This document shows positions 7,872 through 11,451 of a DNA stretch of 11,451 bases, piece after piece (positions within the stretch are counted from its first letter, which is position 1; the number at the start of each line of letters is the position of its first letter). The position numbers and the translations under genes are program-made. Source of the DNA: a bacterium (GTDB lineage: Bacteria > CALINM01); contig JBEQAF010000011.1 in assembly GCA_041640455.1 (NCBI GenBank), positions 25,484-36,934 on the forward strand, read 5' to 3'. Under the pieces are notes generated by a model. The model searched no databases. It worked only from the letters and a program-made list of their open reading frames with translations, and was not told the origin of the DNA.

Positions 7872-8732
7872 ATGAAAAAAGCTCTTCTCTCAGCTTTGTT
7901 TCTTATGATTTTTGTAACATCAGCTTTTGCTGTGTCTCTGTCAAAGGTTGAGAAGGCAACAAATATCTGTCTTGGCGAGATAAAAAGCTATGTGTGCGAT
8001 GTGGATACCATGCAGTTTGAAAATATTATGAAAAAAATGACATCTGGTATGCCTGAAAACATGCCAAGACCTCAGAAGCCAGCTTTAAAAAAATACTGGC
8101 ACAAAAATAGAGGTATGGTAATAAGGGTGGAAGGGAAAAATATATTTCCCTACATGGCAGAGATGTCCAAGCAGATGTCATCCCAGTTTGCGCTTGAACT
8201 AAGCTGTTTCTTCCTCCCCTTTGATAAGAAAATGGAAAGAGAACTTTTGCTTAAATCTGCAGAGTTTTCGGTCAGAAAAGAGGGTGACAAAGAGATATAC
8301 TTAGTTGACTTTAAAAATAAGCAGGATATTGGAAATGCTTTTTTTAAAACTGGTCTTCCTATTCCCACAAAAGATGTAAAAGCTATTGAGATAATTTTTA
8401 ATCCAAAAGAGGCGTTGCTTGAAGGGATGAACATTGATTATGAAAAGGATCAGATAAATACTATGAGACTTAGTCTTAAAATAAACTACATAGAACTGGA
8501 AGGCAAAAAATACATGGAAGAGATAAATATAGTTTCCAGCGATGATAGCATTAAAAGTAGTTTTAAAACCGAATTTACAAAGGTTGGCAAGTATTATTTA
8601 CCTGCCAGACAGACAAGGATAGTCGAGGGGAAGGATATACCTGAAGAGAATAGAAAGATAGAAGTAAGCTTTAAAAATTACAAAATTAATGTAAAAATCC
8701 CTAAAAGGGTTTTTGCTGAAGTTAAAAAATAA
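7872..8732 (+). CDS. Exported hypothetical protein, probable LolA-like (lipoprotein-sorting-type) beta-rich fold
   Basis: Sec/SPI signal MKKALLSALFLMIFVTSAFA; strong RBS. The C-terminus FTKVGKYYLP...IEVSFKNYKINVKIPKRVF resembles the terminal strands of LolA-like proteins. The fold call is an inference. Confidence 0.6.
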   Translation: MKKALLSALFLMIFVTSAFAVSLSKVEKATNICLGEIKSYVCDVDTMQFENIMKKMTSGMPENMPRPQKPALKKYWHKNRGMVIRVEGKNIFPYMAEMSKQMSSQFALELSCFFLPFDKKMERELLLKSAEFSVRKEGDKEIYLVDFKNKQDIGNAFFKTGLPIPTKDVKAIEIIFNPKEALLEGMNIDYEKDQINTMRLSLKINYIELEGKKYMEEINIVSSDDSIKSSFKTEFTKVGKYYLPARQTRIVEGKDIPEENRKIEVSFKNYKINVKIPKRVFAEVKK

Positions 8733-8734
8733 TC

Positions 8735-9826
8735 ATGATTATTGGTATCCCCAGGGAGATTAAAGAGGAGGAGTACAGGGTAGCTGTTACACCAGCAGCG
8801 GTAAGGGAGCTTGTAAATCGTGGCAACCGCATACTTATTCAGAAAGGGGCAGGTCTTGCAAGCGGTTTTTCAGATATAGAATATCAAAAAGCTGGTGCAA
8901 AAATAGCAGATCTTAAAACTATCTGGTCAGATTCAGAGCTAATATGCAAAGTTAAGGAGCCTTTAAAAAAAGAATATAATTTTCTTAAAAAGGGGCAGGC
9001 ATTATTTACCTTCTTACATCTTGCTTCATGTCCAGAGCTTGCTGAAGAGCTGATAAAAAGAAATGTGACAGCCTTTGCCTATGAAACACTTGAAATTGAA
9101 GGTAAACTTCCTCTTCTGGAACCCATGAGCGAGATAGCAGGAAGGATGGCGCCTCTGGTTGGCAGTTTTTATCTCCAGAAAACCTATGGCGGAGTAGGGG
9201 TTTTGCCAATGGGGGTAATTGGGGTGGCTCCTGCAAAAGTCCTGATTATCGGGGCAGGAAATGTGGGGTTTAATGCGGCAAGATCTGCTTATAATCTTGG
9301 AATGGAAGTAACAGTTTTAAACAGAGGCATAGAAAGATTAAGAAAAATAGAAGAGTTTTTTTCAGGAAAGGTTAAAACTATAATGCTCAATGAGAAAAAT
9401 CTACTATGTGAGCTCTATAATAAGGATATAATAATTGGAGCCATATTAATTCCCGGCGGAAAGCCACCTCTGATCATTAAAAGAAAGATGCTAAAAATTA
9501 TGAAAAAAGGCGCTATCATAGTTGATGTGTCTGTAGATCAGGGAGGCATAGTTGAGACCATAAAACCCACCACTCACAAAAACCCCGTTTACATTATTGA
9601 CAACATAATTCACTACGGAGTTGCAAACATGCCAGGGGCATTTCCTAAAAGCTCAACCATAGCCCTTTCAAATGCTACCCTGCCATACATAATAAAGATT
9701 GCAGAGCTGGGTATAAAAATGTCCTGTAAAGATAACATTTTAAAAACTGCTCTTAATGTCCATAACGGTAGAATTACAAACGAACAGTTGATAAAAGATC
9801 TGAAAATGACAGACCGATGGAAATAA
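8735..9826 (+). CDS. ald: Alanine dehydrogenase
   Basis: MIIGIPREIK..EYRVAVTP, KVKEP, FTFLHLA, AYET, LPLLEPMSEIAGRM, IIGAGNVG, IVDVSVDQGG, HYGVANMPGA, STIALSNATLPY are all AlaDH signature segments. Confidence 0.95.
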   Translation: MIIGIPREIKEEEYRVAVTPAAVRELVNRGNRILIQKGAGLASGFSDIEYQKAGAKIADLKTIWSDSELICKVKEPLKKEYNFLKKGQALFTFLHLASCPELAEELIKRNVTAFAYETLEIEGKLPLLEPMSEIAGRMAPLVGSFYLQKTYGGVGVLPMGVIGVAPAKVLIIGAGNVGFNAARSAYNLGMEVTVLNRGIERLRKIEEFFSGKVKTIMLNEKNLLCELYNKDIIIGAILIPGGKPPLIIKRKMLKIMKKGAIIVDVSVDQGGIVETIKPTTHKNPVYIIDNIIHYGVANMPGAFPKSSTIALSNATLPYIIKIAELGIKMSCKDNILKTALNVHNGRITNEQLIKDLKMTDRWK

Positions 9827-10161
9827 ATATCCTGAAAATTATCATAAGTCTGACCCTTATAATCACCGTTTCTTGGCTGTCAAAAAAAATCCCCTCACTC
9901 GCAGGGCTCATTGCGGTAATGCCTTTAACAGGTGCATTGATACTATTCTGGGTAGCCTTTGAAAACAGGGGAGATTATGATACTATAACCTGCTTCACAA
10001 AAAGTGCACTTTTTGGTCTCATTCCCACAATAATCTTCTTTCTTACTGCCTATATCTGCTTTAGTTACAGATTGTCAATTATTCTTAGCATTTTTCTAAG
10101 TTTCAGTTGCTGGTTATTTTCTGCTATAATTCATCAGTGGATTTTAAACAGGCAATTTTAA
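9817..10161 (+). CDS. Small 4-TM membrane protein, DUF3147/GlpM-like
   Basis: 114 aa with four hydrophobic segments and the LAGLIAVMPL motif. Overlaps the ald 3' end by 10 nt. Confidence 0.72.
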   Translation: MEINILKIIISLTLIITVSWLSKKIPSLAGLIAVMPLTGALILFWVAFENRGDYDTITCFTKSALFGLIPTIIFFLTAYICFSYRLSIILSIFLSFSCWLFSAIIHQWILNRQF

Positions 10162-10178
10162 ATAAAAAGGAGGTTTTT

Positions 10179-10643
10179 ATGAAAGGAAATGAAAAACTAA
10201 TCGAAATGCTCAACTCTCTACTTGCAGACGAGCTTACCGCAATCAATCAGTATATGGTTCATTCCGAGATGTGCGCAAACTGGGGCTATGAAAAACTACA
10301 CAAACATTTTGAAAAGAGAGCAATTACCGAGATGAAGCATGCGGAATCGCTTATAGCAAGAATTCTTTTTCTTGAAGGCATACCGATAGTTTCAGAGCTC
10401 AAACAGATGCACATAGGTAGTGATGTGCCGAAACAGCTTGCCAATGATCTTTCTGCAGAGCTTAATGCTGTTAAAGCCTATAATGAAGCCATAAAGCTTG
10501 CTGGAGATGTGGGAGACTATGCAACCAGGGAAATGCTGGAGCATATACTTCAGGATGAAGACAAACATGTGGATGAGATTGAGGCGTTAAGAGATCAGAT
10601 AGAACAGATGTCTTTACAGATCTTTCTTTCGACCCAGCTTTAA
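10179..10643 (+). CDS. bfr: Bacterioferritin
   Basis: AGGAGG RBS then ATG 10179 (MKGNEKLI...). Counting from this Met, the ferroxidase residues E18, Y25, E51, H54, E94, E127, H130 and heme ligand M52 all fall at canonical Bfr positions. Confidence 0.97.
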   Translation: MKGNEKLIEMLNSLLADELTAINQYMVHSEMCANWGYEKLHKHFEKRAITEMKHAESLIARILFLEGIPIVSELKQMHIGSDVPKQLANDLSAELNAVKAYNEAIKLAGDVGDYATREMLEHILQDEDKHVDEIEALRDQIEQMSLQIFLSTQL

Positions 10644-10656
10644 GAGTAAAAAAAGA

Positions 10657-10685
10657 TTGACCATTTAGCTGAAAATTAATAAAAT
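10657..10685 (+). promoter_or_regulatory. Sigma70 promoter for the tRNA pair
   Basis: TTGACC (10657-10662), 17-nt spacer, TAAAAT (10680-10685), with an A-tract upstream that resembles an UP element. Ends 13 nt before tRNA-His. Confidence 0.8.
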
Positions 10686-10698
10686 TAAAAGTCTCAAT

Positions 10699-10773
10699 GG
10701 TGAGCGTAGCTCAGTCGGTCAGAGCACAAGGTTGTGGCCCTTGGGGTCGTGGGTTCGAGTCCCATCGCTCACC
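10699..10773 (+). tRNA. tRNA-His (GTG)
   Basis: Encoded G-1 at 10699; acceptor stem GTGAGCG/CGCTCAC; D arm GCTC/GAGC; anticodon arm CAAGG-TTGTGGC-CCTTG (GTG at 10734-10736); T arm GTGGG-TTCGAGT-CCCAT; discriminator C at 10773; no encoded CCA. Confidence 0.97.
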
Positions 10774-10783
10774 TGTCTATTCA

Positions 10784-10857
10784 GGGCCATTAGCTCAGTT
10801 CGGTAGAGCAGCTGACTCTTAATCAGTTGGTCCAAGGTTCGAATCCTTGATGGCCCA
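10784..10857 (+). tRNA. tRNA-Lys (CTT)
   Basis: Acceptor stem GGGCCAT/ATGGCCC; D arm GCTC/GAGC; anticodon arm GCTGA-CTCTTAA-TCAGT (CTT at 10818-10820); T arm CAAGG-TTCGAAT-CCTTG; discriminator A at 10857; no encoded CCA. Confidence 0.97.
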
Positions 10858-10947
10858 TTTTTTTAAGTATTATAGAGATTAATCGGCGCATCGCCGCAAA
10901 AAGTCTTTTGCACCTCGTATAGACATACTTACCAGAAGGTTACTATA

Positions 10948-11007
10948 CCGTGCCCTTCTTACCGTATTTCGGGATACTCCTAAAATACGGGCTGTTTTTG
11001 AAACATC
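10948..11007 (-). pseudogene. Possible transposase helix-turn-helix remnant (IS481-like N-terminus)
   Basis: The minus strand reads DVSKTARILGVSRNTVRRAR, a strong HTH pattern. It lies in a start-less open stretch (11037 to stop at 10879) whose flanks do not look transposase-like. Confidence 0.5.
10962..10990. repeat. Imperfect 29-nt inverted repeat
   Basis: CCGTATTT-C-GGGA-TAC-TCCT-A-AAATACGG: 8-bp perfect outer arms plus a 4-bp inner stem. Confidence 0.6.
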
Positions 11008-11171
11008 TGCCAGGAGAAACCAAGTCTCTTCATTATATCAAGTATTCTGTGGAAAGCCTCTTTCCTGCTTATAGTTTCTTTTGTCTCCTTCCCTTCAAAT
11101 CCTTTTATTTCAATAAAATCAAAAAACTGGTTAATATCTCTATACCTATCTGGTGACTTTTTAGATTAAGA

Positions 11172-11201
11172 TTTCAGGTTTTCTGAAAGTAGCTGTATAA
11201 T
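11172..11201 (+). promoter_or_regulatory. Putative promoter of the AAA-ATPase gene with overlapping inverted repeat
   Basis: Perfect TATAAT at 11196-11201. The -35 region is weak and carries TTTCAG-N5-CTGAAA (11172-11188). AAGGAGG RBS at 11221-11227. Confidence 0.45.
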
Positions 11202-11238
11202 AGAAGAGTGTAAAGCAGGTAAGGAGGGTATAACCAGG

Positions 11239-11451
11239 ATGAAAAAGAAGCTACCAATAGGTATAAGCACATTAAGCAAGATAGTTAAAGAAGGCTACAT
11301 ATATGTAGATAAGACTAAGTATATAGTTGAGCTTGTAGAGAGAGGGGTTTACTATTTTCTAAGCAGACCGAGGAGATTTGGCAAGTCATTATTTTTAGAC
11401 ACATTAAAAGAGGCATTTGAGGGTAATAAAGAGCTATTTAAGGGCTTATAC
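11239..11451 (+). CDS. AAA-ATPase_like family protein (usually fused to a PD-(D/E)XK nuclease domain), 3' truncated by window
   Basis: [88 protein letters not shown] (Walker A) and LFKGL are the family signature. Absent from the ORF track because the stop is off-window. Confidence 0.93.
   Translation, partial: MKKKLPIGISTLSKIVKEGYIYVDKTKYIVELVERGVYYFLSRPRRFGKSLFLDTLKEAFEGNKELFKGLY

Noticed and set aside
1133..9236. Short minus-strand ORFs in the track (e.g. 1133-1399, 4435-4866, 8150-8434, 9006-9236)
   Set aside because: All are antisense to well-supported + strand genes, most have the Ser/Phe/Leu-rich composition of shadow ORFs, and none has a recognisable motif.
10107..10178. 24-aa N-terminal extension of bacterioferritin
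   Set aside because: It overlaps the upstream gene; the AGGAGG RBS and canonical MKG start support ATG 10179.
10884..10911. Hairpins as a Rho-independent terminator for the tRNA operon
   Set aside because: The stems are short and neither is followed by a U-tract on either strand.
10950..11156. 68-aa + strand ORF
   Set aside because: GTG start with no RBS and Phe/Leu/Ser-rich composition; better explained as the shadow of the minus-strand remnants.
11100..11160. YRDINQFFDF as the N-terminal domain of a tyrosine integrase next to the tRNA
   Set aside because: The resemblance is only a few residues and the following sequence has no integrase motifs; it cannot be supported without a search.
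10858..11238. CRISPR array or tandem repeat in the intergenic region
   Set aside because: No repeated unit of 20 nt or more with regular spacing is visible.

Overview
AT-rich, densely coding bacterial window with almost everything on the + strand. (1) 1-6422 is the 3' part of a type IV filament / type II secretion-like operon: the C-terminus of a GspE/PilB ATPase, PilM-, PilN-, PilO- and PilP-like alignment proteins, a large probable-lipoprotein secretin (TPR-STN-N-secretin plus a cohesin-like C-terminal domain) and three (pseudo)pilins. A sigma54-dependent NtrC/AtoC-family response regulator follows 14 nt later, with no kinase in the window. (2) 7872-10643 is a likely second transcription unit behind a good sigma70 promoter: a secreted LolA-like hypothetical, an alanine dehydrogenase with Asn-Arg where NAD-specific enzymes have Asp, a DUF3147/GlpM-like membrane protein and bacterioferritin. 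(3) A sigma70 promoter drives tRNA-His(GTG) and tRNA-Lys(CTT), neither with an encoded CCA. (4) Downstream of the tRNAs is an apparently accessory zone with tandem hairpins, a minus-strand transposase-like HTH remnant and the 5' end of an AAA-ATPase_like gene. The best leads are the hybrid secretion operon with its unusual secretin and the possible naturally NADP-using alanine dehydrogenase. All calls come from manual motif reading; no database searches were run.
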